From assembly GCA_044070495.1 (NCBI GenBank), contig JBIPSI010000012.1, positions 89,808-153,807 on the forward strand: DNA of 64,000 nt. Direction: 5' to 3'. The number at the start of each line of letters is the position of its first letter. The stretch's first letter is position 1. A model generated the notes under the pieces. The model saw nothing but the letters and a program-made list of their open reading frames with translations, was not told where the DNA came from and made no database searches. Made by a program: the position numbers and the translations under genes. The stretch is from Spirulina sp. (GTDB lineage: Bacteria > Cyanobacteriota > Cyanobacteriia > Phormidesmidales > Phormidesmidaceae). Positions 29,617 through 41,061 of the stretch are shown one piece after another.

Positions 29617-29960
29617 CATTAGCTGCAATTGTGAGTGATACTGGGCCATTGATCAGCCTGGAAAAGTTATCGGTGGGCTACGGCTGGATGCAACAAATCT
29701 ATGGGCAGATTTTGATTCCTAACGTTGTAGCCTAGGAACTCTATCAAGCTATGTTCCCTAACTGGGACGCTTACCGAAATCACTATGGCATCAGGGGCTT
29801 TATCGTTGTTGTGGATATGGCCGACATGGCAGCCTTCCCAGGATGCGAACGGTTAGATATCGGAGAAAGGCAAGCGATCCAACTGGCATGGCAGAAAGAT
29901 TTGCCTTTATTGATTGAGGAAGAGCAAGGCAGGCAGGTTGCCCAAGCACTAGGTCTTTGG
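29613..29960 (+). pseudogene. DUF3368 PIN-like toxin pseudogene
   Basis: MTLAAIVSDTGPLISLEKL...PNVVA*(TAG 29733)ELY...LDIGERQAIQLA...LLIEEEQGRQVAQALGL, then truncated. Confidence 0.8.
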
Positions 29961-30126
29961 CAAAAGGCTATACGCTGGGCTGATGGAAGCGCTGTAGCGA
30001 TAAACGTTCCAAAGGCCGGAGGGGTGGCAGCCTTGGTGTGGTGAAGGATATCCTTAAATAAGCGGATCAGGTAATGCCACCTAGAAGATGCAGGCTGACT
30101 GTTGTTGCCTATCAGGCTTGATAAGA

Positions 30127-30234
30127 ATGCCAGCGCAATTCATCCATGGTTATCCATTACTCGTTGGAGTGGGTAGGACTTTAGATCCACGGTTCTCGTT
30201 GCCTGTAACGGTTCAAGATGCTCAGGCGATCAAA
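30127..30234 (+). pseudogene. N-terminal remnant of a caspase-family protein
   Basis: FIHGYPLLVGVG...SLPVTVQDAQAI resembles the start of peptidase C14 proteins. Confidence 0.55.
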
Positions 30235-30678
30235 GATTCGGGACATAGAATATTGGACGAGGCTACCAAGGCCTACTGTATTTAATTTCCCATGATTTTA
30301 ATCCCCAGGCCGTTGATCAAACCGTACTCTCAGCCGAGACGTTGGGTGCATGGGGGAGGTGCTGAAGGTTCTGAGGTGAGCCGTGCCGCCGTTGCGGTTT
30401 GAGTTTGGGTAGCAGGTGGTCGGCGAAATCTTGCATGGGATCCGTTTCTGAGAACTCGTCCTGGCTTTCACGGGTTGGGGGAGAAGTCTCTCAGAATCAG
30501 TCAACCGCAGAAAATTCAATCTTTTCGGCCCATAAGCCCCCGCGTTTGACCAACAAAAGTTAACATAGGTATTAACAAAACTTTAGTCAGGTCAGATAGG
30601 GCTGAGTCGTCCTCCACAGACGCGTTTTCCCTAGGCTTGACACCCCCCTCACCCTACCGACGCAGGAGCTACTGAGTT

Positions 30679-31089
30679 ATGACTGGATTTATTCGCGGTT
30701 TGTTTGGCGGCAAGGCCAAGAACCCCGGCGAAGCGGATCGTCCCGCCAAGGCCAAGCCACAGCCCAGCATCGAATCCGCTGGCGGTTCCTACTACCTCGA
30801 TCCCGATGACGCCAAGAGCTTTGGCAACATCGAATACATGCGTTCCTCCAAAACCGTGCGCCGTACCTTTGCCAAAAAGCGGGGCGAAACCGAGGAAAAG
30901 GAAAGCATCCGCAAAGTCTCCGCCATGGAAGCGGTGAAGCTAGATGAGAGCGGTCTGCCCAAGGCCAAAACCATCCCCACCGAGTCCACCGTGCCGTCCA
31001 CCACCCCCAGCAGCTTTACCAGCCGCAACCTCAAAACCGACACTAACCTCGATATGTTCCGCAAAATGGCTAAGGACATCAAAAAGTAG
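30679..31089 (+). CDS. Conserved cyanobacterial hypothetical protein
   Basis: YYLDPDDAKSFGNIEYMR...LDMFRKMAKDIKK; host-like codon usage. Confidence 0.85.
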   Translation: MTGFIRGLFGGKAKNPGEADRPAKAKPQPSIESAGGSYYLDPDDAKSFGNIEYMRSSKTVRRTFAKKRGETEEKESIRKVSAMEAVKLDESGLPKAKTIPTESTVPSTTPSSFTSRNLKTDTNLDMFRKMAKDIKK

Positions 31090-31361
31090 TCCATTGCCTA
31101 CGCTAACCCCAAAACGTTGTAACAGGATGTAGCTCTTTAGCTATGTCCTGTTTTCTTTGTAGATTTATTGCGCTATCGCGATCTCCCCAAAAAGCCTGGG
31201 CAGGATCGTTCGCCAAAAATAACCGCAAGTTGGCGTGGGAACCTTGCCTCACCGGGTTCTGCCAATTGCAAGATGCTGTATTCACCTCAAGATTTATGTG
31301 CCTAACGTTCTTCTTCAACGGTGGTAGACAACTTTGATTAAGCTGCAAGGGAATTGTTATC

Positions 31362-32303
31362 TCAAATTTTGACATTTCGATTTTCGATAATTCTTTGGCA
31401 AGCATACTGAATGGTCTGCCTCAACCAAAGGTTTTCAAAATTTTGATCGTCAAGCGAATTCCAAATCATGGATATTGACCAAGGCGATAAATTGAGTGGA
31501 ATATCGAATGTCTGCAGGGAATAGTGCCGAGTAACATGGGCTGCCATACAGGAGGGGATAGCTACTAACAGATCAGAAGACTCGATGGCCGAAGGTAAGG
31601 CAAACCAGAAGGGAACCGTGAGGGCAATGCGTCGTTTTAACCCCTGATTAGCTAGGGCTTGATCGATGATCCCAGTATCATCTCGCCGTAACGTAAATAG
31701 CGCATGGGGAAAAACAACAAAATCCTCTAAGCTTATCACCCCATTCTTTAGCGCCGAGTGTCCGCTACGGGCAATACCAACAAACTTCTCTGACAGTAGC
31801 GTTTGTTGAAGAATATAGGGCGGTAAATCATCGAACGTTCCTACGGCCACATCCACCTTGTCGTTTTCGATTGACTTAACCAGTGATTCCTTTTCCACTG
31901 GTAGAAAGCGTAGATTTATCAGTGGAGCTTGATGGCTGAGAATGTCTAGTAACACTGGGAGAATCATGCTGGCAAAATAATCTGATGTGGCAACGGTGAA
32001 GGTTTTCTGCGAAGAGGCCGGATCAAAGGTCTGCGGATCAGCCAATGTGGCCCGAATCGTGTCTAGGGCAGAGATCACCTGTGGCGCGATCTCCACGGCC
32101 CTAGACGTTGGCTTCATTTCTCGCCCTACACGCACAAATAATTCATTGCCAAAGAGTGCGCGCAATCGCCCTAGTGCTGCACTCATCGCGGGTTGCCCGA
32201 TGTGAATATGTCGAGCAGCGAGGGTAACACTTTGATGGATGTACAAGGCCTCGAAGGCGACGAGGAGATTGAGATCCACGGCACCAAGCTCAATCGATTT
32301 CAT
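31362..32303 (-). CDS. LysR-type transcriptional regulator (NodD/LeuO-like)
   Basis: DLNLLVAFEAL...SVTLAA...QPAMSAALGRLR. Confidence 0.95.
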   Translation of the reverse strand: MKSIELGAVDLNLLVAFEALYIHQSVTLAARHIHIGQPAMSAALGRLRALFGNELFVRVGREMKPTSRAVEIAPQVISALDTIRATLADPQTFDPASSQKTFTVATSDYFASMILPVLLDILSHQAPLINLRFLPVEKESLVKSIENDKVDVAVGTFDDLPPYILQQTLLSEKFVGIARSGHSALKNGVISLEDFVVFPHALFTLRRDDTGIIDQALANQGLKRRIALTVPFWFALPSAIESSDLLVAIPSCMAAHVTRHYSLQTFDIPLNLSPWSISMIWNSLDDQNFENLWLRQTIQYACQRIIENRNVKI

Positions 32304-32462
32304 TGATTTCAAGAATCTCTATAATCAATTTGATTTATCCTAATCTTGCCACTATTCTAATTTTTAAACAAGCTTTTCTAGATACAGGAGCGATAGTTCC
32401 TATGACTGACTGCGCAAATTATTTTGCTAAATTCGCTACGGATTGAGGTTGAGGTAAAAGTC

Positions 32463-33359
32463 ATGCAATTACCTGATATCTATGCTGAAACACCTGTTTC
32501 TTTGCTGTCTGCCCAGTCCGTTGCAACATTTCCTGTGAATACATTTCTAGAAAATTTGGTGATCCTTCCCTCGGGTGAAATCTATCTTACTAACCACGAA
32601 GCTGGGGCGGTTGTTCAGGTAAATCTAGATGGTCACTGGACGACCTATGCTCAACTCAGCGGCAAAGTCAGCGGCATTGCCTGGATTGAGCCAGATCAGT
32701 TCCTCGTCAATGGCTGGAATGCAGACGGTGTTCCCTTTCTTGCCGTGTTATCAGAGGGTGAGGTGCAATTCCTCCAGACGTTACCACAGGCCCAGTTTCT
32801 CAATGGCATCACGCCATTGTCTCCCCGCCATTACCTGATAGCCGATTCCTATCGAGGCGCAATCTGGTCGTTTGATCTCTCCACCCAAATCGTTGATCTT
32901 TGGTTGGAACATCCTCTCCTCGCTCGCAGTGATGCGACTAGCCTGTTTCCAGCCGTTAATGGCATCAAGCGTTTTGGCAAGAGTCTCTATGCCTCTAATA
33001 CCCAGCGGATGTTGCTATTGCAGATTCCATTAGATGAGAGCCTCAAACCACAAGAGCCAGAGATTGTCATCGAAGGAACCAATATTGACGATTTTGCCTT
33101 TGATAGTCACGGCAATCTCTATGGCGCTACCCATGTTTACAACAGTGTGATTCGCATTGATCGCGATCACCATACGACTATCATTGCCCAGGCAGAACAG
33201 GGGGTCACAGGTTGCACGGCTGTTGCCTTCCATGGCACTGATTTATACGTTGTCAATAATGGCGGGATGTTTTTACCCCCTAAAACTGGAGTGGAACCCG
33301 CTCAGGTGGTTCGTCTAGCGGTTGGTGTGAATGGTGCGCCCTTGTTAAGCAAAGGCTAG
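32463..33359 (+). CDS. SMP-30/gluconolactonase-like beta-propeller
   Basis: [30 protein letters not shown]. Confidence 0.8.
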   Translation: MQLPDIYAETPVSLLSAQSVATFPVNTFLENLVILPSGEIYLTNHEAGAVVQVNLDGHWTTYAQLSGKVSGIAWIEPDQFLVNGWNADGVPFLAVLSEGEVQFLQTLPQAQFLNGITPLSPRHYLIADSYRGAIWSFDLSTQIVDLWLEHPLLARSDATSLFPAVNGIKRFGKSLYASNTQRMLLLQIPLDESLKPQEPEIVIEGTNIDDFAFDSHGNLYGATHVYNSVIRIDRDHHTTIIAQAEQGVTGCTAVAFHGTDLYVVNNGGMFLPPKTGVEPAQVVRLAVGVNGAPLLSKG

Positions 33360-33363
33360 AACC

Positions 33364-33915
33364 ATGCACACCGATCCTCCCGTAACCGTAGATGTGGTAC
33401 AGCGCGTCAGACCGAGCAAGGAGCGAGACTTTGAAGTGCTATTAGAGCACATTATCAGTACGGCTAGCACCTTTGAAGGGTATCTAGGGTCATCGGTATT
33501 TCGCCCTAGCCTACCAAATGACGGCGAATACCGCATCGTCTTCAAGTTTGACCGCTTAGAAAACCTGAAACGATGGGAACATTCCTCAGTCCGCCAGCGC
33601 CTTCTGACCGAGGTTCGTCATTTCACCGTAGATGCTGGTACATTCTCAATTATTACCGGGCTGGAAACCTGGTTCACGCTGCCCGCAAAGCCAGGGATAC
33701 CGCCCCCACCGCGCTACAAAATGGTGCTGGTTTCCGGCATCGCCATTTTTGGCATTAATCAAATCTTGGCTATTTTGCCCCTGGCGTGGTTGGAGCAGTT
33801 ACCGCCTGGAATCCACCTTCTAATTCTGGTTTTTCTAACAACCACACTGATGACCTACGTTGTGATGCCAAGGCTCACAAAGCTGTTGGCCTGGTGGTTG
33901 TATCCCCAACGTTAA
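33364..33915 (+). CDS. Antibiotic biosynthesis monooxygenase (ABM) domain membrane protein
   Basis: TFEGYLG, GLETWF, PPPRYKM, LMTYVVMPRLTKLL. Confidence 0.85.
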   Translation: MHTDPPVTVDVVQRVRPSKERDFEVLLEHIISTASTFEGYLGSSVFRPSLPNDGEYRIVFKFDRLENLKRWEHSSVRQRLLTEVRHFTVDAGTFSIITGLETWFTLPAKPGIPPPPRYKMVLVSGIAIFGINQILAILPLAWLEQLPPGIHLLILVFLTTTLMTYVVMPRLTKLLAWWLYPQR

Positions 33916-33944
33916 ACATTGCCGTCAATCAAGGAGAAATCATC

Positions 33945-34595
33945 ATGGCTAACTTATGCGCGATTGTTGGCATGGGCGAAGGCAATGGCATGGCAATCGC
34001 CCGTCGATTTGCCAAGGAAGGATTTGAGATCGCCATGCTGGCAAGGAATGAGCAAAAGCTTCAGGGGTATCAAGCCACCTTGCAAGCTGAAGGCATTGCT
34101 TCGCATTACTTCCTCGCCGATGCGGGGGATGAAGCTGCTCTCACCGCCGCCTTTACCCGTATCCAAAATCAGTTGGGAACACCAGCAGTACTCATCTACA
34201 ACGCTGCCGTACCCCGAATGGAAAACATCCTCCAAACAACCTACGAAACACTCGTGAACGACTTTCGAGCAAATGTCGCAGGGGCAATGGTTTCTGTTCA
34301 ATCTGTCCTGCCAGGGATGCAACAGCAACAAAGCGGCACGATTTTGCTAACCGGAGGCGGATTTTCCCTCTATCCTCAGCCTGATTTTGTATCACTATCC
34401 ATTGGCAAGGCGGGAATTCGTGTCCTAGCAAATACCCTTCATGAAGCTCTCAAAGACTCACCGATTAAAGTCGGAACCGTCACCATCTGCGGCACCGTCA
34501 ACGGTGAAGACCCCAAGTACAGTAGCGATCTCATTGCCGAAGAGTACTGGAAATTGCATATTACCGAGGGTGCAGAGTACGAAATTGTTTATTAG
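33945..34595 (+). CDS. Short-chain dehydrogenase/reductase
   Basis: IVGMGEGNGMAIARRF, LIYNAA, SIGKAGIR. Confidence 0.9.
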   Translation: MANLCAIVGMGEGNGMAIARRFAKEGFEIAMLARNEQKLQGYQATLQAEGIASHYFLADAGDEAALTAAFTRIQNQLGTPAVLIYNAAVPRMENILQTTYETLVNDFRANVAGAMVSVQSVLPGMQQQQSGTILLTGGGFSLYPQPDFVSLSIGKAGIRVLANTLHEALKDSPIKVGTVTICGTVNGEDPKYSSDLIAEEYWKLHITEGAEYEIVY

Positions 34596-35291
34596 CTAAA
34601 CTGCGCAACCCCTTGCAGATGACATCAAGCTGAACCGCGAACGCCGTCGAGTACGATGTCGTCGAGCTAGCGGTGTTCGTCGGCTCCAGCGAGATTGTTC
34701 TTCCGAAGTTTCGAGATTTTAGCCTATACTTTCAAGCATTTGTACTACTGCGGAAGGGAAACTCATTATACTGACTCTTTCCTTGTACCTGCCTCCTCTG
34801 AAGTAGTTATCCCGATGTTTTTCGTATAATTCACCCTAGGTAGGGAGTTATATCGACAGTTTCCGTGCGGTACACCTGGGTCGGACAATTGTACGGAAAC
34901 CTTCTAGAAACATTCAGATTTCAATCGCATGGGAATACCCTGCGGCTGGCATCGGCAACCTGAGTACACCTACTCTGCGATAGCCTTCTCTCCTCAGCGG
35001 TTTGATCAAGGTCATCAGGTGCTGGGGGGCAGACATTACTTTTACGAAAAAGCCATATTTAGTGGACTTAAGTGCTTTGTTACCCTCCCCTTCGATGGAG
35101 CCACCGGGGGAGATAGAGGGCGTTGCAAAATGATGACAATATTCCCACCGTGCAGGAGTGGTTGGGGCCCAAGGCTGTGCAGACCTCCCACCATTCCACC
35201 CTGCCCCCTACCGACTGCCCCCACTTTTAGTTACTCTTTGTAAAGATCCCTGTAAAGACTCCCCGCCATCCTTCACCTTTGGAGACCTTCC

Positions 35292-37022
35292 ATGCTGCGT
35301 TTAGAGCACATCAGCAAAATTTATCCCACCGGGGAAGTTCTCAAGGATGTGAACTGGGAGGTGAAACCAGGGGATCGCATCGGCCTAGTGGGGGTGAACG
35401 GAGCGGGAAAATCCACCCAACTCAAGATCATCACTGGAAAAGAGGAGCCCACGGCGGGGGCGATTGTGCGGGCACCGAGTTTGAAGATTGCCTACCTGTC
35501 CCAGGAGTTTGAGGTGGATCCTAGCCGCACGGTGCGGGAGGAATTTTGGACGGTGTTCCACGAAGCCAACGAGGTGCAATCGAAGCTGCACCATATCCCG
35601 GCGCTGATGGAGCAGGCCGATCCCGACGAGTTGGACAAGCTAATCCACGAGATGGACAAGCTGCAACGGCGGTTTGAGGCCATGGACGGCTACGGGTTAG
35701 AGGCTCGCATCGAGAAAATTTTGCCGGAGATGGGCTTTGCGCCGGGGGATGGCGACCGCTACGTCAGCGAATTTAGCGGCGGCTGGCAGATGCGGATGGG
35801 CCTAGGCAAAATTTTGCTGCAAAAGCCCGACATCCTGCTGATGGACGAACCGACCAACCACCTGGATTTGGACACCATCGAGTGGCTGGAGATCTATTTA
35901 AAAGGACTGACCACGCCGATGGTGATCGTTTCCCACGACCGGGAATTTTTGGATCGCCTCTGCACCCAAATTGTGGAAACCGAGCGGGGCGTTTCGACCA
36001 CCTACCTGGGCAACTACAGCGCCTACCTGCTGCAAAAGGAAGAAAACCAGGCCGCCCAACTCAGCGCCTACGAGCGGCAGCAGAAGGAACTGGCCAAGCA
36101 GGAAGCCTTTGTGGAAAAATTCCGAGCCAGCGCCACCCGCAGCACCCAGGCCAAAAGCCGCGAGAAACTGCTGGATAAAGTTGAGCGCATCGAAGCCCCA
36201 GAAGGCTCGGTGCGGACGCTGCATTTTCGCTTTCCTCCGGCCCCCCGCAGCGGTCGTGAAGTGGTAATGATCGAAGACCTGACCCACACCTACGACGAGA
36301 AAATTCTGTTCCTGGGGGCAAATTTGCTGATTGAGCGGGGGGATCGGATCGCCTTTTTGGGCCACAACGGAGCCGGAAAGTCCACCCTGCTGCGCCTGAT
36401 TGCCGGACTGGAACCCCCCACCGACGGCAAGGTGACCATGGGGGCGCACAACGTCATCCCCAGCTACTTTGAACAAAACCAGGCGGAAGCCCTGGATCTC
36501 GACAAAACCGTCCTGGAAACCGTCCACGACGAAGTGCCCGACTGGACGAACGAAGAAGTGCGTACCCTGCTAGGGCGCTTCCTATTTAGCGGCGACATGG
36601 TGTACAAACAGGTGAACGCCCTCAGCGGTGGGGAAAAGGCCCGCCTTGCCCTGGCCAAGATGCTGCTGCGTCCTGCCAACCTGATGATGCTGGACGAACC
36701 CACCAACCACCTCGACATTCCCGCCAAGGAAATGCTAGAGGAAGCCCTGCAACACTACGACGGCACCGTGCTGCTGGTCTCCCACGACCGCTACTTTATC
36801 TCCCGCGTGGCCACCAAAATCGTAGAAATCCGCGATGGCGAACTGCGCCTCTACCGGGGCGACTACCACTACTATTTGGACAAAATTGCCGAAGAAGCCG
36901 CCGCCGAACAGCAAGCCGCCCTAGAAGCCGAGCGCCAAGCCAAGGCCGCAGCCAAGCGCCAAAAGCAACAGGAAAAGCTGAAGGAAAAGCAGACCGCCAA
37001 AGCTGGAAAACCCCAATCCTAG
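35292..37022 (+). CDS. ABC-F family ATP-binding protein
   Basis: Two ABC domains (GVNGAGKST/FSGGWQMR/DEPTNHLD; GHNGAGKST/LSGGEKAR), no TM segments. Confidence 0.95.
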   Translation: MLRLEHISKIYPTGEVLKDVNWEVKPGDRIGLVGVNGAGKSTQLKIITGKEEPTAGAIVRAPSLKIAYLSQEFEVDPSRTVREEFWTVFHEANEVQSKLHHIPALMEQADPDELDKLIHEMDKLQRRFEAMDGYGLEARIEKILPEMGFAPGDGDRYVSEFSGGWQMRMGLGKILLQKPDILLMDEPTNHLDLDTIEWLEIYLKGLTTPMVIVSHDREFLDRLCTQIVETERGVSTTYLGNYSAYLLQKEENQAAQLSAYERQQKELAKQEAFVEKFRASATRSTQAKSREKLLDKVERIEAPEGSVRTLHFRFPPAPRSGREVVMIEDLTHTYDEKILFLGANLLIERGDRIAFLGHNGAGKSTLLRLIAGLEPPTDGKVTMGAHNVIPSYFEQNQAEALDLDKTVLETVHDEVPDWTNEEVRTLLGRFLFSGDMVYKQVNALSGGEKARLALAKMLLRPANLMMLDEPTNHLDIPAKEMLEEALQHYDGTVLLVSHDRYFISRVATKIVEIRDGELRLYRGDYHYYLDKIAEEAAAEQQAALEAERQAKAAAKRQKQQEKLKEKQTAKAGKPQS

Positions 37023-37071
37023 GCGATCCCCGCTTTCAATCCCTCAGTTCCTCTCCCAAGTAGGCTACTGA

Positions 37072-37236
37072 CTACCGTTGATCCATGCGCCTTTAGTCTG
37101 CTTTGTACCAAGCGTTGATCCCCCCTAGCCCCCCTTGAAAAGGGGGGAATTCGATTCAAAGTCCCCCTTCCCAAGGGGGATTGAGGGGGATCCCACAGGC
37201 ATGACGGTATGAGAACAAGCTGTGTATGAGCCGTAG
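37072..37236. mobile_element. About 165-bp MITE-like non-autonomous element, copy 1
   Basis: Internal gatcccccctagcccccttg...gggggatc hairpins; homologous to 59512-59675. Confidence 0.6.
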
Positions 37237-37627
37237 CCCAAGGGCTGATCGTCTGCATCCGTAGCCTAGGCAATGATCCCCGCCCTGGGGGTACCGCATG
37301 GCACAGGGGCAAATGTTGGGCAGATTATAAAAATTGGCGGTTGTAGAGTAAAATCCCTCTTATAAAACTTTTATAAAGCCCGTTTTAACCAATTTTTCTA
37401 TCTTTCCGACCCTGTGCCCAAGGCTATCTTCCCTGGGTGTAGCCCCCCAAATGCCAGTATCTTCTCCCTGGCTAGGTCAAGGGCTTTCAGGTCTGTTTCA
37501 AAGCATAGGATTCGCCAGGATGTGCGGCTCTAGCCGTTTAGGAAAACGCCTTTTCCAGGCGATATCCCCTAAAATGCCAATGCTATGATCGCTGAGACGC
37601 TAGTCACAATCACAAGGATTCTCACCC

Positions 37628-39226
37628 ATGAATCAGACGTCTGTGCCGCCGATGGTGCTCATTATTCTCGATGGTTGGGGATATCGAGACACCGCAGATG
37701 GTAATGCCGTTGCTACCGCCAAGACGCCTGTGATGGACAGCCTTTGGGCCGCCTATCCCCACACCCTGATCCGCACCTCCGGTAAGGATGTTGGTCTGCC
37801 CGACGGGCAAATGGGCAACTCGGAAGTGGGCCACCTGAACATTGGTGCAGGCCGCATTGTGCCCCAGGAACTGGTCAGAATTTCCGATGCCGTGGAAGAT
37901 GGCACCCTGCAAGAAAACGAAGCCCTGCTGAAGGTGTGTCAGACGGTGCGCTACCAGAAAAGCAAGCTGCACCTGATCGGGTTGTGTTCCGAGGGCGGGG
38001 TTCACTCCCACCTCAACCACCTGTTTGGCCTGATTGACATGGCCAAGGCCCAAGACATCGATGAAGTCTGCATCCATGTCATCACCGATGGCCGCGATAC
38101 GAAACCCACGGAGGGTAAAAACGCCATCCAAAAAATTCAGGATTACGTCGATCAAGCCGGACTCGGTCGCCTCGTCACCATCAGCGGGCGCTACTACGCC
38201 ATGGATCGCGACAACCGTTGGGATCGCGTGGAAAAAGCCTACAAGGTGCTGGTCGATTCTAGCCATGGCACGGGTAAAACCGCCGTAGAAACCCTGATCG
38301 AATCCTACGCCCAGGACATCAATGACGAGTTTGTGGAACCCACCCGACTGGCCCCCGGTGCCATCGAGGCTGGGGATGGCGTGATTTTCTTCAACTTCCG
38401 GCCCGACCGCGCCCGTCAGATTACCCAGGCGTTGGTGGATCCCAACTTTAAAGAGTTTGATCGGGAACTCGTCCCCGATCTGGCCTTCGTCACCATGACC
38501 CAGTACGACCCGGATCTGCCTGTGGATGTGGCCTTCCATCCCCAAAACCTCAGCAACATTCTGGGGGAAGTCGTCGCCCACCACGGCCTCAAGCAGTTCC
38601 GCACCGCCGAAACCGAAAAGTATGCCCACGTCACCTACTTTTTCAACGGTGGCCTAGAGGATCCCCTAGAGGGCGAAGATCGAGAACTGGTACCCAGTCC
38701 CATGGTGGCCACCTACGACAAAGCTCCGGCCATGTCCGCCGAACCCGTCACCAATACCGCCATCGCCGCCATTGAAAAAGGTGTCTACTCCCTGGTGGTG
38801 ATCAACTACGCCAACCCCGACATGGTGGGCCACACGGGCAAAATGGACGCCGCAGTCTCCGCCATCGAAACCGTGGATCGCAGCCTGGGTAAATTGATCG
38901 ACGCCATCGGCAAAGCCGGGGGGACGGCCATCATCATCGCCGACCACGGCAACGCCGAACTGATGTGGGACGAAAACCACAAACCCTGGACGGCCCACAC
39001 CACCAACCCAGTACCCTTCATTTTGATTGAAGGGGAAAAGCTGAAGGTGCCCGCCCACGGGGGGGATGTGAAACTGCGGGAAGACGGTCGGCTTTCGGAC
39101 GTGGCTCCCACGATTCTGCAAATCCTCAACCTGCCCCAGCCCCCGGAAATGACCGGACGATCCATGCTACTCTCCGCCGATGTGGACATTCGCGCCAATC
39201 GCACCCCGGTGAGGCTGTCTATCTAG
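37628..39226 (+). CDS. gpmI: 2,3-BPG-independent phosphoglycerate mutase
   Basis: LIILDGWG, QMGNSEVGH, NPDMVGHTG, ADHGNAE. Confidence 0.98.
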   Translation: MNQTSVPPMVLIILDGWGYRDTADGNAVATAKTPVMDSLWAAYPHTLIRTSGKDVGLPDGQMGNSEVGHLNIGAGRIVPQELVRISDAVEDGTLQENEALLKVCQTVRYQKSKLHLIGLCSEGGVHSHLNHLFGLIDMAKAQDIDEVCIHVITDGRDTKPTEGKNAIQKIQDYVDQAGLGRLVTISGRYYAMDRDNRWDRVEKAYKVLVDSSHGTGKTAVETLIESYAQDINDEFVEPTRLAPGAIEAGDGVIFFNFRPDRARQITQALVDPNFKEFDRELVPDLAFVTMTQYDPDLPVDVAFHPQNLSNILGEVVAHHGLKQFRTAETEKYAHVTYFFNGGLEDPLEGEDRELVPSPMVATYDKAPAMSAEPVTNTAIAAIEKGVYSLVVINYANPDMVGHTGKMDAAVSAIETVDRSLGKLIDAIGKAGGTAIIIADHGNAELMWDENHKPWTAHTTNPVPFILIEGEKLKVPAHGGDVKLREDGRLSDVAPTILQILNLPQPPEMTGRSMLLSADVDIRANRTPVRLSI

Positions 39227-39443
39227 GACGGCCACTCTGCGAGATACAGAGGTCGTCAGAATGGCTGTCCTACGTTGGGTTTGCCCACTCAGCGGGCTGA
39301 TTGCCTGACACATCTCCAAAGTAGTAGCAAGTCCAGTCAAATTCGTAGGGTGCATTCGCGAAGCAATGCACCACCCAGGGACTTGGCTGGAGAAACCAGC
39401 TCCAACATTGTAGACCTGACGCGCTACTAGGTTGAGGATTGCC

Positions 39444-40805
39444 CTAGATGGCGGACAATCCCTGAGGTTGCAATACCTCATCCAGTTCGGCATAGTCGGG
39501 CAGGGTACGATCAATCGCGGCCCCCCGACGCAGCACCACCCGATCACTCTGGGGGCGAGACAGCAGCTCATTGAGACTGCGGGCTTTAAATAGGACAAGA
39601 TCGGCGGGTTTCCCTAGGCCGATCTGTCCTCCCTGGGGTAGCCCAACTAGTTGGGCAGGGGTTGTGGTGACGGCCTGGGGCCAATGGCCAAAGGGAGCAT
39701 CCAACTGGCCGAGGCGCACCCCCTGGGTAAACACCTCCAGCATGTCGTGGTCGCCGTAGGCAAAAAAGGGATCGCGGCAGTTGTCGCTGGCCAAAGCCAC
39801 GGGCACCCCCGCCTGGGCCAGTTCGGGCAGCAGGGTTATCCCTCGGTAGCGGGGCATTCGTCCCGGTTGGCGATCCTGCAAGTAGGCATTGCACATGGGC
39901 AGGCTGATCACGGTGATCTCGGCCTGCCCTAGTAGGGTCAGGGTTTGCTGTACCTGGTCTTCCGACTGCACCGACAGACTACAGGCATGGCCACAGGTGA
40001 CCTGCCCCCTAAAGTTGTGGCGAAGCTTGGCCTCAGCCACCCAGCGCAGTCCTTTGGCCTCAGGATCAAGGCTTTCGTCCACGTGAAAATCCAGATCCAG
40101 ACCCCGTTCCTGGGCCAGTCGGAAGGCTTGGTCGATGCGTTCCCGCAGCCGTGGTTGGGGGTAGATGACCCCACCCAGTAAGCCGCCTGCCTCGGCGACC
40201 CAGTCCGCTAAATCTATCGCTGCCGGGGTGTCGTACACGTCCATCCCCACCAACGCCACCGCCTGCACCGTTAGGCGTCCCGCCCATTGGCGGCGTAGAT
40301 CGTCCATGACGACCCAGCTTGTTTTAGCCCAGTCGCCCAGGCTGTCGAGGTGGGTGCGGAGGGCTTGGGTGCCGTGGGCGTAGCTGCAACGCAGGGCAAA
40401 GTCCATGCGCTGGCGCAAATCCGCCGCCGACCAGTGGGCGTAGTCCTTCCGTACCGCCGTGATGGCTGAGCCAAAGGTGCCGTCGGGGTTAGCCTGCCGA
40501 GGCCAAATGTGGGCCTTGTCGAGGTGGGTATGGCTATCCACAAAGCAGGGCCACACCAACCCCTGCCGCCAGTCCCAGGTCGGGACATCCTCTGGTATCG
40601 ACTGGCTAGCGGGGACAATAGACACCATCTGCCCCTGGCACACCTCCAGATGGGCGGACACCAGGTCTTCTCGCCAGGGGGGCTGGGCTAGGGCGGGGAT
40701 GGGAACTTTCCACCCCACGGACGCATCGAGACAGGCCAGGGGAATGCGAACGTGGGTAAGCCAGTAGTGATCCGTCGCCGTGGCAAAGGGGGGCTGGGGG
40801 GGCAT
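39444..40805 (-). CDS. codA: Cytosine deaminase
   Basis: DSHTHLDKAH, DFHVDE, GHACSL, ASDNCRDPF. Confidence 0.9.
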   Translation of the reverse strand: MPPQPPFATATDHYWLTHVRIPLACLDASVGWKVPIPALAQPPWREDLVSAHLEVCQGQMVSIVPASQSIPEDVPTWDWRQGLVWPCFVDSHTHLDKAHIWPRQANPDGTFGSAITAVRKDYAHWSAADLRQRMDFALRCSYAHGTQALRTHLDSLGDWAKTSWVVMDDLRRQWAGRLTVQAVALVGMDVYDTPAAIDLADWVAEAGGLLGGVIYPQPRLRERIDQAFRLAQERGLDLDFHVDESLDPEAKGLRWVAEAKLRHNFRGQVTCGHACSLSVQSEDQVQQTLTLLGQAEITVISLPMCNAYLQDRQPGRMPRYRGITLLPELAQAGVPVALASDNCRDPFFAYGDHDMLEVFTQGVRLGQLDAPFGHWPQAVTTTPAQLVGLPQGGQIGLGKPADLVLFKARSLNELLSRPQSDRVVLRRGAAIDRTLPDYAELDEVLQPQGLSAI

Positions 40806-41061
40806 GGAAAGAGGTTCAGAAGAAGGGTTCAAGGAGAGGAAGGGGCCGTTATCAGCCCTGGGGAGTGATCCCTATCACGGCGATGGGTGATGGATATCAG
40901 CGCCTTGGATCGATGGGATCACCCGTGGGCCTGCGACAGGTCATTTCACCCCTCTTGACAGGGGAGTAATCTAAAGATAAGGACACAATGTTTTTCAGTT
41001 CGGTTTTGGGAATGCTAATAGAATAGGGTGTTTCTATCGTTAGTTACTGAGGTAAATACTC

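Noticed and set aside
30298..30530. Possible small ORF or riboswitch upstream of the 30679 gene
   Set aside because: I could not identify a recognisable protein or RNA motif.
34929..35243. 104-aa ORF upstream of the ABC-F gene
   Set aside because: Atypical composition with no RBS or motif; probably spurious.
39345..39373. gtagggtgcattcgcgaagcaatgcacc hairpin as an ncRNA
   Set aside because: More simply a GTAG-type REP-like palindrome between convergent genes; related fragments occur near 15460 and 44865.
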